A stretch of 64,000 nt of DNA, taken from a virus. Lineage: Duplodnaviria; Caudoviricetes. Below, one piece after another: positions 45,886 to 55,392 of this stretch (its first letter is position 1; the number at the start of each line of letters is the position of its first letter). The stretch spans positions 10,782 through 74,781 of IMG/VR virus record IMGVR_UViG_3300020577_007690; one strand, 5' to 3'. Both the position numbers and the translations under genes were made by a program. Under the pieces are notes generated by a model that was not told where the DNA came from, did no database searches, and worked only from the letters and a program-made list of their open reading frames with translations.

Positions 45886-48332
45886 GTCAAACCAGCTCCA
45901 TTGTTAGCACTCGCGTTCGTCACACCCTTCATGGAGACACGATCGCCAGCAACAACCGTGAACGTGTCCGACACGTTGTTACATGACGTGCCGGGATCGG
46001 TGATCGTGCATGCCGTAGCCTGATCTGAGCCGTTCTTGCGTACCGTCGAGACCAGTGTGCCAGCGCCGCCACCGCCTGGAGCGGTGCCCATGTAGCAGTA
46101 CAGGTTGCGGATGGTCATCGCCTTCGTCGCGATGAACACCGGGTTCTCGCCCGCAGACCACGTCACGCCTACCGCGTTCAGGTAGCGCGTGGTGCCGGCG
46201 GCCAGCGCGCCTTCGGCGCCCGCAGTGAACACGCCAGAGACGATGCCGGTCAGACCCGAGCCGTCCCCGGAGATGGTGCTACCGAGCGACACAGCACCAT
46301 CGAAGCGGGAGGTTCCGGCCTGCACCCAAAGCGCGTAGGCGTTCGTGATGGTGGCGTTCGTTCCAGCAGCGGGCGCGCCGCTGATCGCCACAGTGGCCGC
46401 GTTGGTCAGCGTGCTGGCGCCGACAAAGGCATAGGTCGCTGGCTGGAAGAGGTACTGCCGTTGCGTCGTGAGCGCGCCGGTCGCAAACTGCACCGTGCGG
46501 GTGCCGTTCCAGTTCCAATCCGGCTTTTCCGTCGAAGCGGTCAGGGCGGTGTGCGCGCCGCCCGTGTAGATGTAGCCGTTCGCAGTGCCGCCGCTTACGG
46601 CGTTCTGCGTGAGGTTGACGCGCGCCGACAGAATCGTGCCGGCGCCCTGCGGCATCGACCACGTACCCGTGGCATTCGAGCCGAAGAAGTAGCCGGTGCC
46701 CGCCTCGAAGCCAAACCCTTCGTTGGCCGAAACAAACACTTCGCCGCTCGTCCCAGATACGCGCAGCGACGTAGTTCCTCCGATCTGAAAATAGATGTCG
46801 CCGACGGTACTTGCCTGCCCTGTGTTGAGTACAATGTTGCCGCCATAGCTGGAGTACAGATTCAGGCTGAGGCCGGAGTAGACCGTCAAATTCGACGACA
46901 CGCCCGACTGCACGGTGATCCCGTTGCCACCGCTGACGGTCGTGGTCGAGTTGTTGGTCCCGATCTGGGTTGTCGATGTGCCGTACAGCGTCGCTGCCGT
47001 GCTGGAGATGGTGAGGCGCGAGTTGCTGTTGACGATAAAGCTGATCGATTTGCCAGAGGCGCCCGCGTAGTTCCAGGAGCCAGTGGGCATCGACGTGTCG
47101 CCGGTCCCACTCCCGAGCGACAAGCCGCCCGTGCCCGCGGCCATCAACAGAGACTTGTTCGCTGCGAGCGTGGTCGTCTGGGCCAGCGTGATCGCCGTGG
47201 CCGTCGTCGTGCCGAGGGCCAACGTCCCCGCGCTTGGCGAATCAAGTAGCGGCGTCAGCAGCGAAGTCGAGCCCGTGAGCGTCGTCACCGATGGCGTCGC
47301 GCTGTACGCCGGAGCGACACCGACCCCGCCGGAAGTGAGCACCTGGCCCGTCGCCACGTCCGGCAGTCGCGCCCAGGCGGTCGTGCTGCTCGCGTAGAGC
47401 AGGTCCCCGACCGCCTGCGAGGCGATGAGCAGCTTGTCGGCAGCGAGCTGGTCGGAGGTGATCAGCACGTTGCTGCCCACCGTGAACGTCTTGCCCGTCG
47501 ACAGACTCGTGCTCTGCCTGAGCACGATCGATGTCGCGGTCGTCGTCCCGATGTTGAGCGCGCCCGCCGAGACCGCATCGAGCAGTGGTGCCAGCACGCT
47601 CGTATTGCCGGTGACGGTCGTTCCTGTCACCGCGGCGGGCGTGCTGCTACCGAGTGCAGACGGACTCGCCCAGTTGATGCGCGCGTTGTCGAACGTGCCG
47701 GTGGTGATATCCGACGCGGACGGCATTGCATGGACGTGATCGGCGCGGGAGGCGTCCCCACTGCTACCTGACGCGGCGACGCCGAGAGCAGACGGCGTCG
47801 CGTCACTGAGCGCGGGACCGCTGCCACCGCCAGCACCAGGCTCGATAGAGCCGAGGCCAGCAGACGGTCCAGAGACCTCGTCGATGGCGACGTACGCGGT
47901 CGTCCCCGCCGACTTGTAGACGTGCCAGTGCCTGTTGCCGCGCTTGGTGATGTAGCGGCACAGGGTCAGAGCAGTCGTGACCGTGCAGTCCGATCCATGG
48001 ATGACCCAGCGAGAGTCGTCGCGGTAGTATTCGATCAGGTTGAGCGTTGCCGTGGACGACCCGGTGCGCGCGTAGATGTCAATCCGCACCGTGTCGGCGT
48101 AGAGGCCGCCAGCCACGTTGCAGGAACCGCCCAGCGCCTCGGGGCAGTTGCTTGACGACTGCGAGAGGGACGCGATGGGCGTCAGCGTGACGGCGCTGAC
48201 AGCCACCTTGTCGACCTTCTCTTGTGTGGTCGGCGCCTGGACGACCATCACCGGGCGCAGGTTGTTGGTCAGCGCGACCAGCGAAAGAGCAGAGACCGCG
48301 AGTAGCGCGATCCACTTCGAAGAGATTCTCAT
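45864..48332 (-). CDS. Long Ser/Thr/Gly-rich fibre-like protein with N-terminal signal/anchor
   Basis: Start at MRISSKWIALLAVSALSLVAL; contains the TPSALG..ASRADHVH fibre motif; beta-rich repeats. Confidence 0.7.
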   Translation of the reverse strand: MRISSKWIALLAVSALSLVALTNNLRPVMVVQAPTTQEKVDKVAVSAVTLTPIASLSQSSSNCPEALGGSCNVAGGLYADTVRIDIYARTGSSTATLNLIEYYRDDSRWVIHGSDCTVTTALTLCRYITKRGNRHWHVYKSAGTTAYVAIDEVSGPSAGLGSIEPGAGGGSGPALSDATPSALGVAASGSSGDASRADHVHAMPSASDITTGTFDNARINWASPSALGSSTPAAVTGTTVTGNTSVLAPLLDAVSAGALNIGTTTATSIVLRQSTSLSTGKTFTVGSNVLITSDQLAADKLLIASQAVGDLLYASSTTAWARLPDVATGQVLTSGGVGVAPAYSATPSVTTLTGSTSLLTPLLDSPSAGTLALGTTTATAITLAQTTTLAANKSLLMAAGTGGLSLGSGTGDTSMPTGSWNYAGASGKSISFIVNSNSRLTISSTAATLYGTSTTQIGTNNSTTTVSGGNGITVQSGVSSNLTVYSGLSLNLYSSYGGNIVLNTGQASTVGDIYFQIGGTTSLRVSGTSGEVFVSANEGFGFEAGTGYFFGSNATGTWSMPQGAGTILSARVNLTQNAVSGGTANGYIYTGGAHTALTASTEKPDWNWNGTRTVQFATGALTTQRQYLFQPATYAFVGASTLTNAATVAISGAPAAGTNATITNAYALWVQAGTSRFDGAVSLGSTISGDGSGLTGIVSGVFTAGAEGALAAGTTRYLNAVGVTWSAGENPVFIATKAMTIRNLYCYMGTAPGGGGAGTLVSTVRKNGSDQATACTITDPGTSCNNVSDTFTVVAGDRVSMKGVTNASANNGAGLTCTFSAS

Positions 48333-48481
48333 CGGGGGTCTCCCTTGCCGTTGCTCTTGCGGAGCGTGAGCGTCGCCGTGATGCACAAGCCCACGTTGAC
48401 CACGTCCTTCTGATAGGCGAAGTACGCGGCCAACACCAAGAGGGCGATGGTGATGGCGAAGTTCTGTTGGCGCGTGGTCAT
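48329..48481 (-). CDS. Small membrane protein (holin-like)
   Basis: FAITIALLVLAAYFAY TM segment, basic C-terminus; ATGA overlaps. Confidence 0.5.
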   Translation of the reverse strand: MTTRQQNFAITIALLVLAAYFAYQKDVVNVGLCITATLTLRKSNGKGDPR

Positions 48482-48843
48482 AGGCGCGACCCGTCGAGCG
48501 ACAGCGCCACGTCCCCATCGCCGGAGGTGCGAAGGAAGGCGTAGTACGTCTCGATGCCGAGCAGATCCTTGTAGACGTGGCTGAATCGACCGTCGTCGAT
48601 CGTGGGGTCCGCGCTGATCGCGACGTCGTTGTGGAAGAACCACAGCTTGTGCGACGCGGACCAGTAGATCAGGCGCCCGCTCATCGGATCGTTGCTGACG
48701 ACACCGTTGAGCTGAATCGACGCGCAGCTCAACGGGCGGCAGTATTTCGTCATTGCCTGGTTGGTCGGAGCGAGCGTCGGAAGCGCGCCGATCGCGAGAC
48801 CCGCCTCCGGCACGTTCTCATTCATCATGATCGTCAGAGCCAT
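48478..48843 (-). CDS. Hypothetical protein
   Basis: GAGGA SD. Confidence 0.6.
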   Translation of the reverse strand: MALTIMMNENVPEAGLAIGALPTLAPTNQAMTKYCRPLSCASIQLNGVVSNDPMSGRLIYWSASHKLWFFHNDVAISADPTIDDGRFSHVYKDLLGIETYYAFLRTSGDGDVALSLDGSRL

Positions 48844-48851
48844 TTACGTCC

Positions 48852-49889
48852 TCACTTCTTGCCCGGCTTCTTGGCGGGCGGCTTCTTGGACTTGGTTCCG
48901 GCTTCCGGCGCCGGGTCTTTGAGCTGCGCCGCCCCTTCTTCGAGCTTGCGTGCTCTGGCGAGCTGCTTGATCGCGTTCTTGGTGTCGCCCGACTCCATGA
49001 ACAGCTCAGCGTACTCGTGGCTCTCCGCCGCCTTCGCCATGCGGAGGTAGTGCTCAGCCGCCTTGCCCTTGCCCTTGGCAAGAGCCTCCTTGGCGCCTTC
49101 CTCGAAGTAGAGACGGCGCCGTCCGTGGTTGACGCCAGCGGGCATCTTCCCTTGGAGCACGGCCTGCTTGTCCGCCTCGCGCTTCGCACCCTCGCGCTTC
49201 TTCATCTCGCGCGCGTTGGCGTCCTTGTAGGCGCTGACCGCCTTGCCAGGTGCGCTCTTGATCGCGTCGACAGCCTTACCGGGCGCAGCCTTCAGACCTT
49301 CCTTCAGGCGAGAGCCGAGTGACTTGGCTCCGTGCTTCACCTGGGCGACCTTGAGGCGGGCGTCGAAGGAAGCGGTCTGCTTGGCCTGCGCCATCTTCAG
49401 CCGCGCGCCGAAGGATGCGTTGCGCCCCGCATCCTTGATCTTGGAGCCGATCGACTGCATGCCAGCCTTGAGGCGAGCGCCGAGCGACTTCTTGTTGACG
49501 GTGTTCTCCGTCGGCTTCTCGGCAGGCTGCGGCTTCTGCCCGTGCGCCGCCGCGTTCACCATGCCTTCGTTCTGGACCTTGACGCCGCCCGTGTGGACCT
49601 TGTTGATCGGCGCGATGCTGTTGATCGCGCCAGGCGCAGGCTTGGTGACGGCTGGCGCGGGCACAGCGCCAGGGTTCCGCTTGGCGAGGAAGTTCTGCGT
49701 GACAGACGGCGTGCCCTGGCGCTTGGCGAGGAAGTTCTTCGCCGCGGACGGAACAGTAGTGGTGCGCGGGCTCGGCTTCTTGCCGTAGCGCACCACGCCA
49801 GCCTCCGTCTTGTAGAAGTTGTGCGAGCCGCGAGCGCCAGGGTTCTGCACCCCCTTGGCTCCGCCTACCTTCATCGCCGAGCCACGCAT
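48852..49889 (-). CDS. Lys/Ala-rich, repetitive DNA-binding/internal-head-like protein with MRGSAMK leader
   Basis: Repeats NFLAKR x2, S[LF][GD][AS]RLK x4 and APGKAV x2; TGATG coupling. Confidence 0.7.
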   Translation of the reverse strand: MRGSAMKVGGAKGVQNPGARGSHNFYKTEAGVVRYGKKPSPRTTTVPSAAKNFLAKRQGTPSVTQNFLAKRNPGAVPAPAVTKPAPGAINSIAPINKVHTGGVKVQNEGMVNAAAHGQKPQPAEKPTENTVNKKSLGARLKAGMQSIGSKIKDAGRNASFGARLKMAQAKQTASFDARLKVAQVKHGAKSLGSRLKEGLKAAPGKAVDAIKSAPGKAVSAYKDANAREMKKREGAKREADKQAVLQGKMPAGVNHGRRRLYFEEGAKEALAKGKGKAAEHYLRMAKAAESHEYAELFMESGDTKNAIKQLARARKLEEGAAQLKDPAPEAGTKSKKPPAKKPGKK

Positions 49890-50338
49890 CAGACCCTCGA
49901 CTCGAAGTTGCCCAGGTACTCGCGCTCGAAGGACTTGCGCGCCATCGACACGATCTTCTGCACCGCGACGCCGCGATCCCACTGCACGTACGCCGCGGAG
50001 CTGAGCTTGCGCTGCTCCTCCGCGACGAGCAGCTCGGTGGGCTTCTGGCAGCGGATGCAGCCGAAGATGGAGCGGATGAAGTGGTACTTCGCACCCATCT
50101 TGGCGTGGTTGAAGGTGCGGACCGGGCCGCCGTAGTTACCCAGGATCAGCCCGAGCGGGTCCTGGCGGCGGATCACATCCTGCGGGAGGTAGATGCGCGC
50201 CTCCAGCGCGATCGGCCCGTTGCCGCAGAGCGTGCAGGGCGTGTTACCCCACACGATGCGGCGGTGCATCTCCTGTGGCGTCTCGCGCTCGAAGAGCTTG
50301 CCGGACGGCGCCATTCCGTAGTGCGGGTTCGTTCTCAT
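49889..50338 (-). CDS. Zinc-binding hypothetical protein
   Basis: CTLC and CIRC pairs; GAGGAG SD. Confidence 0.65.
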   Translation of the reverse strand: MRTNPHYGMAPSGKLFERETPQEMHRRIVWGNTPCTLCGNGPIALEARIYLPQDVIRRQDPLGLILGNYGGPVRTFNHAKMGAKYHFIRSIFGCIRCQKPTELLVAEEQRKLSSAAYVQWDRGVAVQKIVSMARKSFEREYLGNFESRV

Positions 50339-50341
50339 CGT

Positions 50342-52126
50342 TCACTCCTCAAAATCGAGATCGTCGTCTTCATCTTCGGGCTCTTCTTCATCTTCGAGCG
50401 CTTCATCGTCGATGTCGGGCGGAGCTGCCCCCGCTGCGTTCTGCGCCGCCTGCTGCTCCTGCTCTTGCTGCTGCGCCTCCGCCATCTTCTGCTCGATCTC
50501 TTCGATGGTGCGCTGCGGGTCCTCATCGTCGAAGTAGCGAGCGCACTTGCGCACCGCCTTCTCCAGCGTCGTGACCTGCGGGCCGCCACCAGCACCAAGC
50601 GCTGTGGTCGCCATCGTGACCACCATGCTCCCCTCCTCGACGGACGTCTCGTCGAGTGGCGGCCACTCCAGCTTGATGTACGGCGGGCGCCCGGTGTCGG
50701 GCGGTAGCACGCGATCTTCCACGTTCGTCTCATCGGCGGAGATGCGATCGACCTTCGGCGGCAGGATGATCTGCGGCAGATACGCCTCGCCTGTCTCCGG
50801 GTCCGTCTTCTCCGTCGTCTCGACAAGGCGGATGACCTTGATCATGATATTGATGAGGCGCTTGACGCCGTACTCGCCCCATCGCTCGCGGAGCGTGCCG
50901 AGCTTCTTCCACATCGGCGCGTAGCGCTTGCGGATCTCGGTCGCCGTCTTCTCCCCTGCGGCGGCCTGGTCCTGATCGAGCACGCACGCCGTGACTTCGA
51001 GGAACTGCCCGCGTAGCTGCTTCGCCATCTCAGCGGCGGTCTTCGGACCTTCGAGCGCCGTCTCCAGGTAGCGCGCGTCGCCGGTCGGGTCCTTCTCAAA
51101 CTTGATGGCGTTGCGTGAACCCTTCTTCAGCTTCGCCGGGATCTTGTTGTCCGACTTGAGGATGAGCGTCGGATCGCAGTTGTAGAGCGTCCCGTCGATG
51201 GACGCGCTCTGCAACTCGTCGATGCGCCGCGCCATGTTGTAAGTGCTCTGCGGCCCGATGTCCGTCTCGCCGTAGATGTCGCCTGGCTGTGGCGGCGGCA
51301 GGTTGATGATCCACACACCCGGGAAGAAGCCGTAGCCGTGCTCGACCTGCTCCTTGATCTCCCACTCTGGCTCGCGCCCCTTCTCATCCACCGGAGCAGG
51401 CTCGAAGTAGGTGTCCTTCTGCTCGTCAAGGATGCGACGATGCCAGAAGGGTACCGTGACGAACTCCCCCGGCTTCTTCTCGATCTCGACCGGGAAGATG
51501 AAGCGCTCCTCGATGGAGGACAGGATGAGGCGCTCGCGGTCCTTGAACGTGGGCGTCGTCCACCGAGGGTCGTGGTAGTCGATCACCGGCTCACCTTCGA
51601 GGATCTTGAACGACAGGCAGCACGCACCCATCGCGCCGCCTTGGCTGCGTGCCTCGCTCATCACCGCCCAGAAGCGAGAGGCTTCCAGTACCCCGGCGAT
51701 GTAGTCCTCCAACGGATCGTCACCGAGCACCTGGACCCTCGGGTGCATCCCCTCGCCGAACAGGTGCGCCGTGAACGTGTCGATGACGCGCCGCGGAAGG
51801 TGGTACTCGCACATGGGGCGGCGCAGCTTGAACGGCGTCTCGTCGCTGCGGCTGTTGTCGGTGAAGCCGGGCGCCATGAAGTTGCCCGCCGTCACCGCCT
51901 CCTGCGCGGCTGGCGTCAGGTGCGGCGTGCCGTCCCAGTCCACGGTCTGCGTGTCGTACTGGACACCGTTGTACCAGGCGAGCAGCCAGTTCAGCTCCTG
52001 CTGCCTCGGGGACATGCCGAGACGCCTGATGTTGCGGGGGTCGTACCTCGACCCGCTCATCGACGAGCCGAGCTGGCCGAGCAGCTTGAAGATTTTGGAA
52101 GACGCCTCGGCGTCGCGAACGGGCAT
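50342..52126 (-). CDS. Portal protein (SPP1 gp6-like)
   Basis: 594 aa directly after the terminase; HGYGFFPGVWI...GETDI motifs; acidic tail. Confidence 0.85.
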   Translation of the reverse strand: MPVRDAEASSKIFKLLGQLGSSMSGSRYDPRNIRRLGMSPRQQELNWLLAWYNGVQYDTQTVDWDGTPHLTPAAQEAVTAGNFMAPGFTDNSRSDETPFKLRRPMCEYHLPRRVIDTFTAHLFGEGMHPRVQVLGDDPLEDYIAGVLEASRFWAVMSEARSQGGAMGACCLSFKILEGEPVIDYHDPRWTTPTFKDRERLILSSIEERFIFPVEIEKKPGEFVTVPFWHRRILDEQKDTYFEPAPVDEKGREPEWEIKEQVEHGYGFFPGVWIINLPPPQPGDIYGETDIGPQSTYNMARRIDELQSASIDGTLYNCDPTLILKSDNKIPAKLKKGSRNAIKFEKDPTGDARYLETALEGPKTAAEMAKQLRGQFLEVTACVLDQDQAAAGEKTATEIRKRYAPMWKKLGTLRERWGEYGVKRLINIMIKVIRLVETTEKTDPETGEAYLPQIILPPKVDRISADETNVEDRVLPPDTGRPPYIKLEWPPLDETSVEEGSMVVTMATTALGAGGGPQVTTLEKAVRKCARYFDDEDPQRTIEEIEQKMAEAQQQEQEQQAAQNAAGAAPPDIDDEALEDEEEPEDEDDDLDFEE

Positions 52127-52249
52127 GGGGCCAGGATAACATGGGCGCGGACGTTCAGTGTTGCGCTCCGTCGCCTACATTGCTACCTTCTCCCTGCGCT
52201 CGCGGCACGGTCCTCCTGCCTGCTTCTTCATGCCGCCGCCGCGGGCGCG

Positions 52250-53899
52250 TTACCTCGCTCGGTACTGGTTCTTCTCGATCTTCACCTCGCCGAGCCCGAT
52301 GCGGCACCCCTCCCGACCGATCCATGTCGCCATGAGCCTGTCGCCGCTGTGCTCCAGCGGCGAGTAGCGCACCATGTCGCTGATGAGCTGGCGAAGGTCC
52401 CGCTCCAGGTGCGACAGGACGTCGTTGAGCTTGGCGAACGGCCACCTGCCCGACTCGTCCACAGCGGGAGACGGGAACTCCCAGCGTCCGATGTGCATCT
52501 CGCCGCCGAGCGACTCAACGCCGAAGTGCTCATCGAACTTGTTGTAGCGGTGGGTGTCGAAGCACCGCACCTCCAGCTCGTCTGCGTAGTGACCACCGAG
52601 CGCTTGCACCACGGCGGGATCGTCCGCGAAGTCGGTGATGTACTTCTGCGCTCCGTTGGTCTCGACCCAGAATTCTGGCACCTCGCCGCCAGGGATGGTG
52701 AAGCGACGATGGAGCGAGATCATGCAGCGGATGATGTCGGTGCCGTGGAAGCGCCCAGACTCGATGCACAGGAGGCGGCGTGACCAGTTGGGGCGCATGC
52801 CGATCACGGTGAAGACCGTCTCGTCTGTGCTCTTCTTCGCGCGTCCCGGCGGGCGCTTCGTTGCTAGGTCCACACCGATGAAGATCTTGAGGAAGGTCTC
52901 TCCCTTGCCGTCTGTGCTTGTCGCCTCGCTGACGTTCTCGCACCACGGCAGACCAGCGCCCTTCTTCAGGGCGCGCATGATCCAGTCCTCCTTGAAGATC
53001 TCCGTTGCGTCGTCTCGTGCGACGCACTCGTACTGCCGAGCAAACGCCTTCTGGTTGTCCTCCAACTCCTCCCGCTTCTCCATGATGCGGTCGATCGGCC
53101 ACTGCTCGGGCCAGCAGCTCTTCATCCAGCATCCCTTCTCCTCGACGTAGACGGCGTCTTTCTCTCCTTCCTCCGCCTTCTCCCAGATCGGGTAGCGTTC
53201 CGTGTGCCACACACGCTCGTTGTGGAGCTTGTGGAGCATGTCCCGCGGGTGCCAGGCGTTGGCGACCATGATGACCTGCGCACCGCGCGTGAGGCGCCCG
53301 ACGAGCGTCTCGTTGTACCAGTTGTAGAGATCCTCGCGCATCTCCTCTGTGCGCGTGTTCTCCTGCGACAGGGGGTCGTCGAGCACGAGCAGATCGATAC
53401 GAGAGCCGAGGATGTTACCGTGCGCGCCGAACGCCTGGACGGTCGGGTTGCGACCATCCCAGCCTGCGACGGTGATCGTCGTGGAGTTCCACGACTCACC
53501 CTTCGTGATGTGGGGGAAGATCTCGCGGTAGCGCTCCGACAGCAGCACCTTCTGAAGACCGGCGATGATCTTCATTGCCTGCGGGCGCTGCGTGTTGCTC
53601 ATGATGGCGACACGCAGACGCGGGTTGCACCCGATGCGCCAGGCGACGTAGCCGATCGACACCTGTACCGACTTGCCGATCTCGACAGAGCCCCACAGGA
53701 TGAAGCGCTTGTGTTTGTTGCAGTGCGCGTGCCATTCCTTGTGGATGCGCGCCATCTTGATGCGGCGACCCGTCGCCTCGTCTTCGAGCACGTAGGCGGC
53801 GAACGTCGCCGAATCGGAACGGCAGAGCGCCAGGAGCGCTTCTTTTCGCTTCTGAGGAGGGAGTTCTGCTAGGGATTGGTAGATGGTGGCGCTTTGCAC
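52250..53899 (-). CDS. terL: Terminase large subunit
   Basis: Walker A variant GSVEIGKS, Walker B LLVLDDP, nuclease IGVDLA and late DRLMA. Confidence 0.9.
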   Translation of the reverse strand: MQSATIYQSLAELPPQKRKEALLALCRSDSATFAAYVLEDEATGRRIKMARIHKEWHAHCNKHKRFILWGSVEIGKSVQVSIGYVAWRIGCNPRLRVAIMSNTQRPQAMKIIAGLQKVLLSERYREIFPHITKGESWNSTTITVAGWDGRNPTVQAFGAHGNILGSRIDLLVLDDPLSQENTRTEEMREDLYNWYNETLVGRLTRGAQVIMVANAWHPRDMLHKLHNERVWHTERYPIWEKAEEGEKDAVYVEEKGCWMKSCWPEQWPIDRIMEKREELEDNQKAFARQYECVARDDATEIFKEDWIMRALKKGAGLPWCENVSEATSTDGKGETFLKIFIGVDLATKRPPGRAKKSTDETVFTVIGMRPNWSRRLLCIESGRFHGTDIIRCMISLHRRFTIPGGEVPEFWVETNGAQKYITDFADDPAVVQALGGHYADELEVRCFDTHRYNKFDEHFGVESLGGEMHIGRWEFPSPAVDESGRWPFAKLNDVLSHLERDLRQLISDMVRYSPLEHSGDRLMATWIGREGCRIGLGEVKIEKNQYRAR

Positions 53900-53942
53900 G
53901 CCACCATCTCACCACAGCGAGAGCTGTGAGGGCAACAGGTGT

Positions 53943-54278
53943 TCAGCCTGTTGGCGGAGGCTCCGATTCACTACCGACAGTGATCTCGACAGTGATCTCG
54001 GTGGCAACCCCACGGCTCTGCTTCCACCGCTCGATGCGTCTGCGAACCGTGCCTGGGTGCTCTTCCTTGTCCACCAACGCGGACAGACCATCCCTCATCC
54101 CCATAAGCACAGCTCTGATGGTGCTGTCGCTGTACGACAGCGATGAGTAGCCGTGCTTGTTGGGGTACGGCCAGTCCACGCGCGCGAAGTAGCTGCTCCC
54201 GTGCTTCGTGAGGCAGAGCACGGGGTCCTTTCCCAGCTTCGCGGCGATGGCAAGCGTTGGAGGGTGGTCATAGATCAT
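53943..54278 (-). CDS. Hypothetical protein upstream of terL
   Basis: ATGA overlap; no recognisable TerS motif. Confidence 0.55.
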   Translation of the reverse strand: MIYDHPPTLAIAAKLGKDPVLCLTKHGSSYFARVDWPYPNKHGYSSLSYSDSTIRAVLMGMRDGLSALVDKEEHPGTVRRRIERWKQSRGVATEITVEITVGSESEPPPTG

Positions 54279-54982
54279 TGGATGATCTTCGCATCCTTCA
54301 AGACGTTGATGAACGCCTTCTTCCAGTCCTCTCGGTAGCACATGATGGCACGCTCGATCGGCATGAACGCGCAGTCGCCCTCGGGACCAACCCAGATCGT
54401 CTCCCACTCCGGCGGCGCCTCGCCGACGAACACCGTCATAGGCTTGTCGTCGTGCGTCGTTGCGAAGATGATCTGTTGCGCTATGAAAATCGGCTTCTTC
54501 CCAGTCTCCTCTTCCAGTTCGCGTAGCGCTGCCATCCACGGCGTCTCGCACTCCACCTTGCCACCAGGCATCGCCCATCGCGGACCCTGGCAGAGAAGGA
54601 TGGTGTCACCGCGCGTGAGCAGGCAGAGCGCCGAGAAGCACGGCGTCTGCTCCCAGATCTCCTGGCGCAGGTAGACCGCTGCGTCGAGTAGCTCCTGGTA
54701 GACGTCGATGAGCGGCTTCCGGTTGTTGAACGGCTGAAGGGGCGTGCCGTACTTGGCCTTGCCCATCTCGTTGCGGTCGGCCATGTCCTTGTCGAGATTG
54801 ACCCCGAGACGACGCGCAAGCAGCTTCAGCTCGGACAAGACACCACTGTACAAGTGCTTGGTTTGTCGTGTCTCCGGTCCAACAGTTATAGTGGTCATAT
54901 CCTTTCGAACAAGGTCCCACAGTGTGGGGAGCGCGTGGCGGTAGGGGGCGGGTGCAACTTGCTCTTCGATCGGCTTCTTCAC
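54275..54982 (-). CDS. MazG-like nucleotide pyrophosphohydrolase fused to a NUDIX hydrolase
   Basis: GKAKYGTPLQPFN...DVYQELLDAAVYL then a complete NUDIX box GGKVECETPWMAALRELEEETG; GTG start overlapping the upstream TGA. Confidence 0.75.
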   Translation of the reverse strand: MKKPIEEQVAPAPYRHALPTLWDLVRKDMTTITVGPETRQTKHLYSGVLSELKLLARRLGVNLDKDMADRNEMGKAKYGTPLQPFNNRKPLIDVYQELLDAAVYLRQEIWEQTPCFSALCLLTRGDTILLCQGPRWAMPGGKVECETPWMAALRELEEETGKKPIFIAQQIIFATTHDDKPMTVFVGEAPPEWETIWVGPEGDCAFMPIERAIMCYREDWKKAFINVLKDAKIIQ

Positions 54983-55392
54983 GCGGAACCTCCAAACCAT
55001 TCGGGGAACTGTCTCTTGATACCGCCGAAGAAGATCTTCCACTGCGGCGAGTCCCTGTCATCGAACTGCTCGGCCTCTTCGTCGCTCAGCTCGGAGATGT
55101 ACGCCGCCGCCATTGCCACGATCGGGTCGAGGTAGCGCGGCTGGAGTCCTGTGCGGAGCGCTCTCGTCTTGAAGATCTCCCATGCCTCCTTGCGCTGGGC
55201 TTCGCTCATCTCCGGCACATCGCATTCGTCAGGCGTCGTCATCACGAACAGCATGGGTGTATCGCACAGCAAGCATTGCGGTACGAAAGCATCGTGATCG
55301 GCAGGCACGTCGCCTTCGATGTAGAAGACGCACTCCACATCTGCTGGGCATTTGTCGTTACAGCACTGCCAGGCGGAACGGGTGTCGCTCAT
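54979..55392 (-). CDS. Zinc-finger-like hypothetical protein
   Basis: CCNDKC and CLLC. Confidence 0.6.
   Translation of the reverse strand: MSDTRSAWQCCNDKCPADVECVFYIEGDVPADHDAFVPQCLLCDTPMLFVMTTPDECDVPEMSEAQRKEAWEIFKTRALRTGLQPRYLDPIVAMAAAYISELSDEEAEQFDDRDSPQWKIFFGGIKRQFPEWFGGSA

Noticed and set aside
52143-52160. Extra CTGAAC half-sites near 52150, 44393, 55785, 43749-43765, 12815 and 12836
   Set aside because: They lack the rest of the box or the 24-26-nt spacing to a -10, so they were not counted in the regulon
53943-54278. Terminase small subunit call for the gene upstream of terL
   Set aside because: Only position supports it; no HTH or TerS oligomerisation motif was recognised
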